The translations under genes were made by a program, and so were the position numbers. From positions 1 through 51,336 of the forward strand of contig MCFE01000631.1 of assembly GCA_002104905.1 (NCBI GenBank): a stretch of 51,336 nt of DNA. The letters are read 5' to 3'. The notes under the pieces were generated by a model. That model did not search any database, was not told the DNA's origin, and was given only the letters and a program-made list of their open reading frames with translations. This document shows positions 1-11,523 of this stretch, piece after piece (the first letter of the stretch is position 1; each line of letters starts with the position of its first letter). The DNA is from Basidiobolus meristosporus CBS 931.73 (Eukaryota > Fungi > Basidiobolomycota).

Positions 1-2327
1 CTGTATAATGCAACAGTACCAAGTTACCAAATGGTATTTCCTTTTGTTACCTCCACTTGTGCAATTCATATATTCCACTGTGGAATCACCCCTCTTTATT
101 TGCTTACCCATTACAACCTTAGGTATTCCACATATAGTTCAAATCAAAAAAACTATGGCCTCCTGCTTACTAACCTATACAAACATACACACCTGCCATA
201 ATTGACATACTTCTATCACCTCACTTTATGGCTTTTTAGTGTGATACTTGCAAAGTTACCGTATACCTTGTACTGCAGGTAACATATACATCTTGCAAAC
301 ATATGTTTGGTTGTTGCCACTTCTGCCATAAATACCTCCGGAATATCTGCAAAGAACATCTGGGTATTTAGCCAAAATATTCCTTCTCCCTGCTGGATTC
401 TAGTTCACCTTATAGGTGCACTCTGGCTCTTGTTTGTGTGAATTCTGTATTGAATAGTGCAGAAGTTGGCTTGTGACAAAGAGAAGTTCAGCATACCTTG
501 GTAGATTATTCCTAATAAGACTTAGTTGCTTGTTGCACCCAACCCAACTTTGCATTACTTAACTGATTACCCACATATTGGGGCTGCTTAGCTTCTTAAT
601 GCCATAGGCATAGGTGTCTCCATGTGCATATTTGTCCTTGGTATTTTCTTACTTCTTCTGGCTGTCTTCCATGTGCCAACTCATCACATCCATGACAGAC
701 TTGAAGGTAATATTCATGATGAGATTGGGATATGGTAGTACCTGCAACTTGACTTGTCTTACTGTCTCCCTACACATCTGCTCCATAAGAAACTCCTAAA
801 AAGTGGAGTAAGGCCCAATATTCTCCCCACACCAAGCATGATGGAGTAGAGAATAGCCTTGTTCTGTTGAATAGTGGCACATTGAGCCATGAGTGCCAAA
901 TGATGCCGTAGTGTGCCAGAGAGGCCAAGTAAACCTATAGTTGGCTACAGAGTGTGAAATATAGCTCTGCACCTTCATGCAAAGCCACCCCTGTGTTTCA
1001 CCCATTGCATTGGAGAAAATCCATTTTTTGACCTTTTTTTTAGGTCAGTGTTGGAGAGGATCTGTAAGAGCAGAGAAGGATTGAAGATATACATCTGGTA
1101 TTCAGTACCCATGGCGCTCTGAATCCAGCTCCTGTGGCTTGTAGCATGTCAGAAAAATGCATGGCACTATCTTGGTCCACTGGTACTATCTGACTCCATA
1201 AGTGCTTTGTATAGATCTCACTAAAGGGCTTATAATTAAATTTAGTGCCATGCATTTTTCTGACATGTTACAAGCCACAGGAGCAAGATTCAGAGTGCCA
1301 TTGGTATTGAGTACCTGAAGCATGTCTTCAGTCCTTCTGTGCTCTTACACATCCTGCACAACATTGATCCAAAAAAGAACATCAAAAAATGGATTTTCTC
1401 CTGCATCACAGGTGAAACGCAGAGGCTGCTTTGCATGAAGATACTGAGCAAAGTTTCACTCTGTGGCCAAGTATAGGCTCACTTGACCTCTCTGGCATAC
1501 TAAGGCATCATTTGGCACTCATGGCTCAATATTGCACTATCCAATGGAACAAATCTAATGAATACAGTAGCAGCAGAGATCTTCATGTTCAGCTTTATGT
1601 TTGTAGTACAGCCGCTCAAATCCTGTCACAAACTCCTCACACAACAGCTGTAGATGTGTCAAGTTAGCATTGGTGATCCGCTTCTGGATAAATATTCCTA
1701 CAATGTCCACATATGACTCCCAATGCTTCCAATGTACTCTTGGTAGGAATGGCTCCAGACACCACCTGAATAAATACATATCCAGCTCATTCAGTCTTTG
1801 CATTTGTATTGTTGCATATGCATATAAATATTAATTGGAGTCCGTGAGAAGTACTTAGGGTAGCAGATATGCTGAAATATCTTGCCATTCTTCCAAATTT
1901 CTCCGGTATCTCAAAGGGCTCATTTAGCTTGAAATGCTGCATATACAACTTGGTCACCAGTATAAGGATATTGTTGAAAAGCAAATGTATTGCTCCCAGT
2001 GGAAAGCTTTTGCTCAAAGAGATACCCTCTATCTTATGTATCTCCAGTTTCCAATTGATTCCATATTCCAGCCATTGGCTTATAGCTTACTAAATATGCT
2101 GCAATTGTATGCTTACTTCTGTACATTCTCTCTGTGGAAAGGTGATATTCTTAGTGCTGGTGTTTGGGTAATAATATTGTGTGTGAGTTATGGAGTAAAT
2201 CCCCTGGATCTCACACATTTGACAGTAATACAATCCATTGTGCCCATAAAAACCTGCTATCTTGCTGATGTCTGGGGTATTTCCGATGCAGATAATAATA
2301 TGCGCTTTTACATGAAGGTCATTAACT
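1..2327 (-). pseudogene. En/Spm-like (CMC, Tnp2/Transposase_21-type) transposase remnant, copy 1, interrupted by a foldback element at 855-1556
   Basis: Minus-strand fragments KAHIIICIGNTPDISKIAGFYGHNGLYYCQMC (GD.PA..K..GHNG..C..C motif), LGAIHLLFNNI, EEFVTGFERLYY...CIH, HHAW..ENIGPYSTF*EF.MEQMC and VK.QVLPYPNL match fungal En/Spm-like transposase motifs. Many stops. No CACTA terminus seen. Confidence 0.75.
855..1556. mobile_element. 702-bp foldback (long inverted repeat) non-autonomous PHIS element, copy 1
   Basis: Termini AGCCTTGTTC...GAACAAATCT, flanked by AAT (852-854, 1557-1559). Arms of ~315 bp are reverse complements (~80-85% by eye). The paralogous empty site at ~24241-24265 reads GGG-AAT-GGATACAG. 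Confidence 0.9.
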
Positions 2328-2500
2328 AGACTTGTTCTGTTGGATAGTGCCACATAGTGCCAGCCTGTTTATAGTGCTGGATTGATCTGGCACTATCTGG
2401 CACTATAATTTTTACCATAATGCCAGTGGTACAATATACTTACTAGTAATTTTACTCAATCTTACTTATCTTGCTCAGAGTAGTGCTTTCCTTGCTTTAT

Positions 2501-3460
2501 TTACTCTTCATAATACTCCAGACACATTTCTCTCAGTGGATGTCTTCTTGTATGAGTATACTGTGCATTGATAATTATCTTGCCTATTTTACCTATTCTG
2601 CTGTTTTCTCCTGTAAATGAATTTCCTCTGCATTTACCTGCCAAAATGCTGAATATCTTCAGATATCCAAATGTATGCTCTCCCCTCACTCTGAAATGAT
2701 CAAATATATCATTGTAGTGCTTCTGCTTCCTGCAAAGCACACCATTACTTGGCTTCCTATAAGCTGTAATACATCCTAATCTCTGACAATCCTCTCCTAT
2801 ATAAGCTAAGTCTGCCATACATTTCCCTCTACTGAATTCTGGATGATTCTCTACCCAGAGTGCTTTGTCATGCCTACTTCCAGCAAATGGCCCACTAAAC
2901 CAGATGATGTTACCCTCAATGTCAGACAGCGCTTGAAAATTCACACAGTTTGCCTTGTACTTGTCAGAATACAAGTGCCTCTGCCCTCTAGAAGGTCAGT
3001 TAATCCTGACTGGTAAGGTATCCAAGATACTCATCATATGGAACCTGTTTCTGGGCACCCTGGGATATGGAAGCCTATTGGAGCTTCTGAACCTAGTACT
3101 CCAAGCTTGCTCTAGGTCATTCATACCCTCTGCAAGGTGGTTCTCCATTGCTGTCAGCTGGGAATGAAAGCTTCTAGGACTTCTGTTGCCATGGATGGTG
3201 CGATGAAACCTTGTAGGACAATAGTTCTTGTAATAGCAGAGAAGCTTAACAAGGGATCTCCTTGAGTAGATTGGGGTAGATGGACCACAGTACTTGGTAT
3301 AGATCTCCTCTAGTGTGTCAAAAGGAAATCCAGTGGTAGCAATGGGGTTGATGAGAAAAGACCATTTAGATGAAGAAGTCATATTAAAACTGGTGGAGGA
3401 TTGGGCTGAGGTGATTTGAATTGATTTGGTGCAATCAGCTTTATTTATTTGATTTTCCAT
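2501..3460 (-). pseudogene. DDE_Tnp_4 (PIF/Harbinger-type) transposase, ~320 codons, one in-frame stop
   Basis: ORFs 2996-3460 and 2501-2974 are in one frame, split by TGA at 2996-2998 (likely from CGA). Catalytic motifs ILDTLP, YSDKYK.NC..FQAL.D..G.I.WFSGPFAGSRHD, MADLAYIG and RVRGEHTFG.LK.F.IL are present. Confidence 0.88.
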
Positions 3461-4402
3461 GCATTATGATTAAATCTCCATCCATTGCCATGTATCCCAT
3501 TGTTATGTTGCAAAAATCATCCTCAGACAATGACTGGGTACTTTTATTGATATTTTACTCACAAGTCTATAATCATACAGGAAATCTGCCATTAATGTGA
3601 TCTGATCCATATTAGTGCAATCCAAGATGCATAATGAATAATATATGGAAAATTCAACAATCACATTAGTCTATGCCACCTATGCAGCAAAGGGTTTTCA
3701 TGTGAGATTTATCTTTAAGCACTGGTGTTGTACTTCAAAGTCCCTACCATACTCCTCTGCTGCCAGATTTGCAAATGGCCCAATTCTTTGCTTTGGCATT
3801 GAGTTACTTGAGCTTCTTCTTTACAACTTGGATATTGCATTCCCTACCTGAGATATTGACTGTTCTACACATATTATTGGCTCTTTGTATCACTGCATTA
3901 TTCCCTGATTTCTCTGAGCCACTTTAGCAATCCTATTGGTTACTGCCCCTAGTTGCCTCATTAGTTCTCTGTTATACACTGACCACACAATTACCAATAC
4001 TGGTGGTGGTGATATTATGATTATTATTTGCAGGTCTTTTACTAGTGGTGCTGTTTTTGCTGCATTTCATCTGCCTAAGTGGTATTGCAAGATTATGGAT
4101 CTGCAGATATCCTTGATTGCCTACTTGATTAAGTGCCCAAGGAGCCTGCGTTATTACCTCTAGTGGGCACACTGCTAACATGGACTTTTTTGGACATAGT
4201 CTTGCTTGTTGCACAAATATCAGAGCAAGCTGTAGTCCAACCATTTTTTAGCTGCTGTCCATAGTATGGCTTGATTAGGAACCTGACAGCTTTGCTCTAT
4301 CTTATGGCAGCATGTGTATGGAAGTGTATCAAGCCAAATGGGAGATATTGTTACATTTAAATGTGTATGTGGCACCACAGTTTTGATGATAATATTTGCC
4401 AT
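3441..4402 (-). pseudogene. Second (accessory) ORF of the PHIS element, decayed, product unknown
   Basis: ATG at 4402. The frame reads with scattered stops to TAA at 3441-3443, overlapping the transposase ATG. The C-terminal stretch V.EFSIYY..CILDC...DQ.T..ADFL.DY.LVSK.SIK is conserved in the same frame in the second copy (~22940-23075). Confidence 0.55.
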
Positions 4403-4749
4403 GATAGGTCACCATTGAATCTTGTCTTCATTTATGTGCCCTTTCTCAACATCACATGAATATTGACAAAAAGCAATACAGTAGCTGTACATTGTTCAGT
4501 GTCAAGCTGTGGGACTCATGAACAAGTCTACTCTGAACTAACAACATAGGAGAAGGGGAAAAAACCTTGAGCCTATTGTGACAAGCTGCTCAGCCATGAT
4601 ACACACATACTGCATAGCAAGTAATGTAAGGTTGATGGACAGTGCATTGCCACACAGCTCCTATTTGAGCATTTTTTAGTCACCACTGTACTTCAAATAT
4701 CTTGAGAGCCACTTGATACTACTACAACAGCCCCAGCCATACTTGTCAC

Positions 4750-5118
4750 TGTTGAAATATTGGACTATTTGATATCATTCAGCAGCTAAAAATTTACTTA
4801 ACAATTCTAGGCTAGTCTTAGTCACTGTAGGACTCATTCACTGCCTTAACTTTGCCACTTTCTCCAGATATATGATCTTATGATTATTCCCCTATAGTCA
4901 GGATCAAATTAGCACTATTACCAAACATTACGTACTAACCCTGAAACTGTTACAGAATGCTCCTGAATATTGAGAAACCCTCCCTACTTAGTGTTGCAGC
5001 TGTATTACTTCTACAAAGGTATAAATACTGAGCTTCTTTATGAATAAACAACAGTTCAACTATTATCACTATTTCTTGATAAGTTCCTTATATCCAAATC
5101 ACTTCTTAAATTGCAACA
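4750..5118 (+). repeat. 5' LTR of copia A
   Basis: Direct repeat of 9066-9434 with two transitions seen by eye; TATAAATA and AATAAA inside. Confidence 0.96.
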
Positions 5119-5130
5119 GGTTATGAGCCC
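5119..5130 (+). promoter_or_regulatory. Primer-binding site complementary to the tRNA-iMet anticodon arm (half-tRNA priming)
   Basis: GGTTATGAGCCC abuts the LTR and is the reverse complement of GGGCUCAUAACC, the yeast-type iMet anticodon arm used by Ty5/copia. The same PBS occurs at 10097, 12220 and 49349. Confidence 0.85.
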
Positions 5131-5154
5131 CAATTGCCTTAATCTATTCTAAAG

Positions 5155-8100
5155 ATGACTTCTACCAGCAAACAAAGCAATACCAACATCTTCCCTGTAA
5201 AGGAGAGGTTTGATCGGAAGAACTACAGACTTTGGAGAGTCAAGATGCAGATCCACCTTGAGGAAAGAAAGCTTTGGAACATAGTAACAGGAAAGGAAGT
5301 TGAGCCCAAAGGAACAGCAGAAGATGTGGAGAAGTTTCAAGAGAAGGAGAGAAAGGCCTTCAATGCGATATGCATCAATGTGCAAGACTCCTTCATTGGA
5401 AAAATCCAGGCCTCAAATACTGCCAAAGCAGCATGGGAATCCTTAGAGAAGATCTTTAGAGCAAAGTCAGTATCAAGCAAGCTTTATTTGAAACAAAAGT
5501 TCTTCAACATGAGAAAAAAGCCAGATGATGACATGCTACAACTCATTACCAGAATGGAGACACTTGCAGAAGAATTTTACAGTATTAATGCTGGTGTAGA
5601 TGATGAAGAAAAGATACTCTGTCTGCTTTGCAGCCTACCAGACAAGTATGAGCCACTAATACTTTCTTTTGAAAGCAGAGAAGACAACTTGACTTTAGAC
5701 TATGTCAAAGGAAGACTTCTCCATGAAGAACTCAGACGTAATGATCAAGCAGAGAAAATTGAGGATAATGCTTTATTCAGTTCAGAAAGGCATACAGAAA
5801 AGAAGGGAAAGCAACAAAACCGAAGAAAACCTGGCTGCTGTAACTACTGTAAGAAGCCAGGACACTGGGCAAGAGAATGCAAGAAGAAACAAGCAGACAA
5901 AAAACAGAAACTAGAGCAGGCAAACCATAGTACTACTGATGAACAGTTATTTGTCACTGTACAAGAGAGTGCAAGTAACCAAAGTAATGAATGGTATATT
6001 GACTCTGGAGCATCACAGCATATTTGTGGTATAAAGGATTGGTTCAGCAACTTAAAGACTATGCCTGTAAGAAAGGTTTATCTGGGAGATAACTCTGCAT
6101 TGGAAGCTACCGCCAGTGGGTCTATACAACTAAATATGAGTGATAACTCAGGGGCAACAACAGCAAAACTGACCGACGTACTCTATGTACCTGGAATAGC
6201 TAAGAACCTACTCTCAGTCAGTAAAGCAACTAATCAGGGACTGAAATCTGTGTTTACTAAGCTGAGCTGCTCAATATTGAGTGAAAATGGACAAAAATTA
6301 GCTTTGGGAATCATAGATCACAATATATACAAGTTACAATGCAAGATTATTGTACCTGAGTATGTCAACATTGCTAAAACTGATGAAACCAACTGGGAGA
6401 CGCGGCATAGGAGGCTAGGACACATAGGGGAACAGAAAATGAGCCAATTGGTGAAAAATCAGCTTGTTTTGGGCCTAAAATACTCAATTGCAATCAAATT
6501 GAATGTTTGTAAGGGATGTTCATATGGCAAACAAGCTGGGCAACATTTCAAGAGCTCAGAAGGCATCAATACCACCGAAATATTGGCTATTGTACACTCA
6601 GACATATGTGGCCCCATGAGAACACTGTCCTTTGGAGCCAAGAGATACTCTATGATGTTTATTGATGACAAGACAAGATATACATGGGTGTACTTCCTCA
6701 AAACAAAGGATGAAGCTTTAGAGACATTTAAGTACTTCAAGAACATGGCAGAAACACAAACTGGGTGTAAATCAAAGGTTCTACAAAGTGACAATGGAGG
6801 AGAATACTGCTCAAAGGAGTTTGCAAAATACTGCTTGTATACTGGTATACTTCAACAGACCACAGTTCCTCATACTCCACAGCAAAATGGAGTAGCAGAA
6901 CGTGCAAATAGAACAATAGTAGAGATGGGAAGATCTATGCTACATGATAAGGGAATGGACTACAAGTTTTGGGCTGAATCTGTTGCTACCACTGTATACA
7001 TCAAGAACAGATGCCCAACAACAGCACTACGTGATTCTACACCCTTTGAAGCATATACAGGCAAAAAATCAGATCTCCAGCACCTCAGGATCTTTGGCAG
7101 TGATGTTTTTATCACATCCCTGACAAAAAACGCTCAAAGTTGGAACCAAAGAGTAGAAAAGGGATCTTTCTTGGGTATTGTGAAGATACTAAAGGGTATA
7201 GAGTGTATGATGGCGAAATTCAGAAGCTGATCAAGAGCAGGGACTTTGTATTTGAGGAGAATTCAGATCAGAAAGCCACAAAAATCATTGGCCAGCTGCC
7301 TGATGATGCAATCAGCACAAATGAAGAAGATACGTACCAAATCCAGCCAGAGATGGAAGATACTTCTACCAGTTCCAGATCAGAGCAGATTATCTCAGTT
7401 AGGAGATCTGCCAGAATAAGAAATGCCCCTGGATCCTGGTGGCAGACATCCAATGATCATGAAGAAGCTTATCTTGCCTTATGTGCCGAACCTCAGAATC
7501 TGGAACAGGCAATGCAAGGTCCAGATGCTACTAAGTGGCAACAAGCCATGCAGGAGGGGTACCAATCACTGATCAAGGCAAACACGTGGGAACTGGTAGA
7601 TTTACCAAATGGGAGAAAGCCAATAGGATGTAGATGGGTCTACAAGATCAAGATAACCTCAAATGGTGCCGTTGATAAGTACAAGGCTAGATTGGTAGCT
7701 AAAGGCTATTCCCAGATCCAGGGACTAAACTTTAAGGAAACATTTGCTCCGGTTGCCAAGTTTAACTCTATTAGGACAGTTCTAGCCCTGGCAGCTGTAC
7801 ACAGTCTAGATCTACACCAAATGGACGTTAAAACAGCCTTTCTAAATGGGGATTTGCAAGAAACTATATATATGGAGCAACCAGAAGGTTTTACCAATCC
7901 AAAAAGCCCCCATAAGGTGTGCAAACTTAGAAAATTGTTGTATGGGCTTAAGCAGGCACCCAGAGCATGGTATAACAAGATTGACACATATCTAGAGGAA
8001 ATTGGGTTCTCTTGTAGCACTGCAGATCACAGTATATATGTGAAACAGCTCAAAAAGGGTGTGATTGTCCTAGTTCTTTATGTGGACAACCTAATTATAG

Positions 8101-9071
8101 CTACAAGTGATCAAGAGGCACTTAAACAGACGAAATCAGATCTCTTCAGCAAGTTTGAGATGGAAGATCTTGGAAAATTGAGCTATTTTCTTGGAATTGA
8201 GGTCAAATTTGACATACCTACGCAGAAAATTGTGCTGAATCAGTCTAAGTACATCAGGGACATTCTTAGACGCTTCAAAATGAAAAATTGCAAGCCTGCA
8301 GCAACCCCTACGGACAACAACCTGAAATTAAGCAAATCTCAGCCAGTTATAGATGAAAACGGCTCAAATATGGACCAAAACTTTCCCTATCAATCAATGG
8401 TTGGTAGCCTAATGTACTTGATGGTGTCTACATGTCCAGATATTGCAGTAGCAGTTGGAATAGTCAGTCAATTCATGCAGAATTATGGATCAGATCAAAT
8501 TGCAGCAGTTAAGCGGATTTTCAGATATCTACAAGGTAACATAAATATGGTACTGGAATACTCTGGAGCAGCTAATAGGCAAAAATTTGATGGTTATAGT
8601 GATTCAGATTGGGGTAGGGATCTGATTGACAGACGCTCTACCACAGGCTATGTATTTCTTTATGCTGGTGCAGCTATTACTTGGAATTGCAAGAAACAAC
8701 CAACTGTGGCACTATCTACAACTGAATCCAAATATATGGCTGCATGTCAAGCAACTAAGGAGGCTATATGGCTACAAAAATTATTCAAAGACTTAGGTTT
8801 TAACTCAGATGAACCAATATGTATTTACAAGGATAATCAAAGTTGTATTTCATTAGCTAGAAATCCTACTAATCATGCCAGAACTAAGCACATTGATATA
8901 CAGCATCACTTTGTGAGGGAAGCTGTAGAAAATAACTTAGTGGGGCTGGTTTACTGCCCAACTGACAAAATGGTGGCAGACATATTGACAAAACCACTAG
9001 CTAGGCCACAGTTTGAGATCCTTAGAGAGAAATTGGGATTAAGAAATTATTTAGTTGAGGGGGAGTGTTGA
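5155..9071 (+). CDS. Copia gag-pol polyprotein with a single 1-bp frameshift near 7106-7112
   Basis: Gag with CCHC knuckle (CNYCKKPGHWAREC), protease WYIDSGAS, GAG-pre-integrase, rve (HSDICGP, SDNGGEY, NGVAERANR), RT ([25 protein letters not shown] for YVDD) and RNase H (KHIDIQHHFVRE). The frames 5155-7230 and 7140-9071 switch at a T5 run. Confidence 0.92.
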
Positions 9072-9434
9072 AATATTGGACTATTTGGTATCATTCAGCA
9101 GCTAAAAATTTACTTAACAATTCTAGGCTAGTCTTAGTCACTGTAGGACTCATTTACTGCCTTAACTTTGCCACTTTCTCCAGATATATGATCTTATGAT
9201 TATTCCCCTATAGTCAGGATCAAATTAGCACTATTACCAAACATTACGTACTAACCCTGAAACTGTTACAGAATGCTCCTGAATATTGAGAAACCCTCCC
9301 TACTTAGTGTTGCAGCTGTATTACTTCTACAAAGGTATAAATACTGAGCTTCTTTATGAATAAACAACAGTTCAACTATTATCACTATTTCTTGATAAGT
9401 TCCTTATATCCAAATCACTTCTTAAATTGCAACA
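9066..9434 (+). repeat. 3' LTR of copia A
   Basis: Follows the PPT; 369-bp match to 4750-5118. Confidence 0.96.
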
Positions 9435-10324
9435 GTCACTTGTTGCAAACCAATTCATATAAACTTGTAATACCATTAGACTAAACTCAGTCATCTGAAT
9501 ATGGCCAGCACAGTTTTAGTTCTCAAGAAGTAGACTCAATGATGTAATGTTATGGCTAGAGAAGTGGCATATGTCCAACAGTATTTCAACTTGTCGCAAA
9601 TTTACAACTAGAGGAGGAAAACATTGCTCACACTCCAAGTATATTCCAGTAATACCTAGTCCAAAGAAGCTCATGCAGTCCAACTAATATTGTTAAGCTA
9701 TACAGTACCATAATCTCTAACAATCAAATGCAAATATTTCTGATATGTATTTTGTAGGAATTTGTGATTTCACCTGAATGTTCACCAAACTTAGTTACTT
9801 AGATCATTACCTATAAGTCTTAGATAATATCGAACAAGTGTCTTGTTTAGATTCATTTAAAATATTTTTACCAATGTACAAGGTAGCCATAACACATAGT
9901 TCTGAATGTTATTCAGCAGCCCCAGACATTGCATTCATATTTCTGAGACCTTTCTAAGCTTATTATCTGTGTTTCATATGCCAAGTCCATGAAAAAATAT
10001 AAATCCTACTGTTAAAGTCAATAAATCATTGAGTTGAAACCACATAATATACTTGTTCTCCTAGTCACTTCAAATATCTCCAAGACTCTTATGGCAGGTT
10101 ATGAGCCCCAAGTTCACACTGTCTGCAATGTTTACCACTGCTACCACTGCAATTTCCCCTCTGCTGGAAAGTTGGATGGATCCTACTACAAAGTATGAAA
10201 AGTGAAGATGAAGATGCTGCTACAAGAGAGAGGCCTTTGTGATATTGCGACAGCAGAAGCCTGCCCTGCTAAGAGTGTGGGAGTGGAAGTCTTAAAGTAC
10301 CATAAGAATGAATAAAGTGCCTTT

Positions 10325-10692
10325 TATCATGATCTACTGCTTGAATGTTGAAGGTAGATCAGTTTTTAGTCAACCAATTAGTTTTATGTTTAGCCTAAGA
10401 GTATATCATTGTTAACTATCAAGTCAGTAGCATTAGACAGCAGATAAATCAGCAGATCCTTATCAGACAGGAATAGATATATCATGTAGGATCTTATTGG
10501 GTGATGATGATGCAATCAAATGAGTAATCAGCCACATCCTACATTAGTAAATACAATCAGTCAGCAACTGATCTGGCAAAAATGTATGTAAGGAGCTGCT
10601 GAAACCTCAATAAAAATCAGTTCAAGTTTTAGTGAATACAATACTAGCTTAACTCCCTATTTCTCTACAACTGCTACATCAAGAGTTGTAAC
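10325..10692 (+). repeat. Solo LTR of gypsy family A inside B1 gag
   Basis: Homologous to 13595-13963 over its length. 4-bp CTTT on both sides; the gag sequence GCCTTT-AATTGC is restored on removal. Confidence 0.85.
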
Positions 10693-11312
10693 TCTTTAAT
10701 TGCATTTGCCCAATTTATATAAACTATGGAGCTTCTTGATACTTTACACACCAAAAAGACCTCTTTACTCAATATCAAGTAATTCAATCAAGATGGTTAT
10801 CATGGGGTGACAACATAAACTTGATGCAGTGGGAGAAGGAACAACCCAAGTAAACCTTAGAAGCAGTGAACACTACCTCACATTTGCCTTCAAAGAAGTG
10901 CTCTATGCTTCAGAAGTAGCCAAGACCTTTCTGTTTATAAGTAAGCTCATAGCAGAAGGACTCATTTTCAGCCTTGAAAATTCTGGAAGCTGGATCACTG
11001 ATCCAAATGGTGCCCATGTTGCTTTGGGTTTTGTAGATCAGAATCTACAAAAGTTCTCTTATATTCAGTTATATCTCTAATCTAATATAAGTTACTGGAA
11101 CAAAGAAGCACCATTGCTTTGGCATAGGAGATTTGGGCACATTTATTTTGAGTATTTGTACAAAAAGATCAATGCTCAGCTAAATTCAGGAGTAAAATTG
11201 TTCCCCCAGCTGATTTAGAGCACTCTGAAGCAAGCAAAAATGGGAAATAGGCCATGAGCTGTTCAAGAGCTCTGAGTTAATCAATACCAAGAAAAAAGTA
11301 GATCTAATCATT

Positions 11313-11523
11313 AGACTTGTTCTGTTGTGCCATTGATCATAGTGCCAGAAAGTGCTGTATATCTTGTTATTAATTTGCTATTTTAGGGTCATATGCATGT
11401 CAATTTTGATCCCAAATTGGCACTGTATGGCAACATCTGGCACTCTGTGGCATGATCAGGCACCATCTGGCATGCTATGGCACTATTGGGCACCATGATC
11501 AGCTGGAATGATGGAACAAGTCT
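11313..11523. mobile_element. 211-bp MITE of the AGACTTG PHIS family, copy 1
   Basis: TIRs AGACTTGTTC/GAACAAGTCT, TSD ATT/ATT, inserted in the B1 integrase. Confidence 0.95.

Larger units (their letters stand above)
2328..4529 (-). mobile_element. PIF/Harbinger-superfamily (PHIS, Pangu-like) DNA transposon, 2202 bp, two ORFs
   Basis: Perfect 10-bp TIRs AGACTTGTTC/GAACAAGTCT, ACT duplicated on both sides (2325-2327, 4530-4532), DDE_Tnp_4-type ORF inside, subterminal GTGCCA/TGGCAC motifs. Confidence 0.9.
4750..9434 (+). mobile_element. Full-length Ty1/copia LTR retrotransposon (family A), young
   Basis: TG...CA LTRs of 369 bp, 5-bp TSD GTCAC (4745-4749, 9435-9439), PBS GGTTATGAGCCC at 5119, PPT TTGAGGGGGAG before the 3' LTR, gag-PR-IN-RT-RH order. 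Confidence 0.97.

Noticed and set aside
1934-2329. 131-aa plus-strand ORF and similar ORFs (29761-30033, 6459-6794, 7706-8020, 49616-50100)
   Set aside because: These are antisense shadows of transposase or gag-pol frames with no independent motifs.
4220-4402. BACK-domain-like text (QVPNQAILWTAAKKWL)
   Set aside because: The similarity rests on a few residues in a short stretch and is not supportable without a profile search.
5119-5130. tRNA-Met gene
   Set aside because: Only a 12-nt antisense match at LTR boundaries, i.e. a PBS; no cloverleaf.
7100-7230. Programmed frameshift in copia A
   Set aside because: It falls mid-integrase, has no recognised slippery signal, and copia pol is normally continuous. 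A deletion or sequencing error is simpler.
4533-9690. Continuation of the En/Spm transposase in 4533-4749 and 9440-9690
   Set aside because: The expected upstream motifs were not found in any frame; left unassigned.
11418-11497. CRISPR-like repeat-spacer array
   Set aside because: Units are only 10 bp, lie inside a MITE, and there are no cas genes; the context is eukaryotic.
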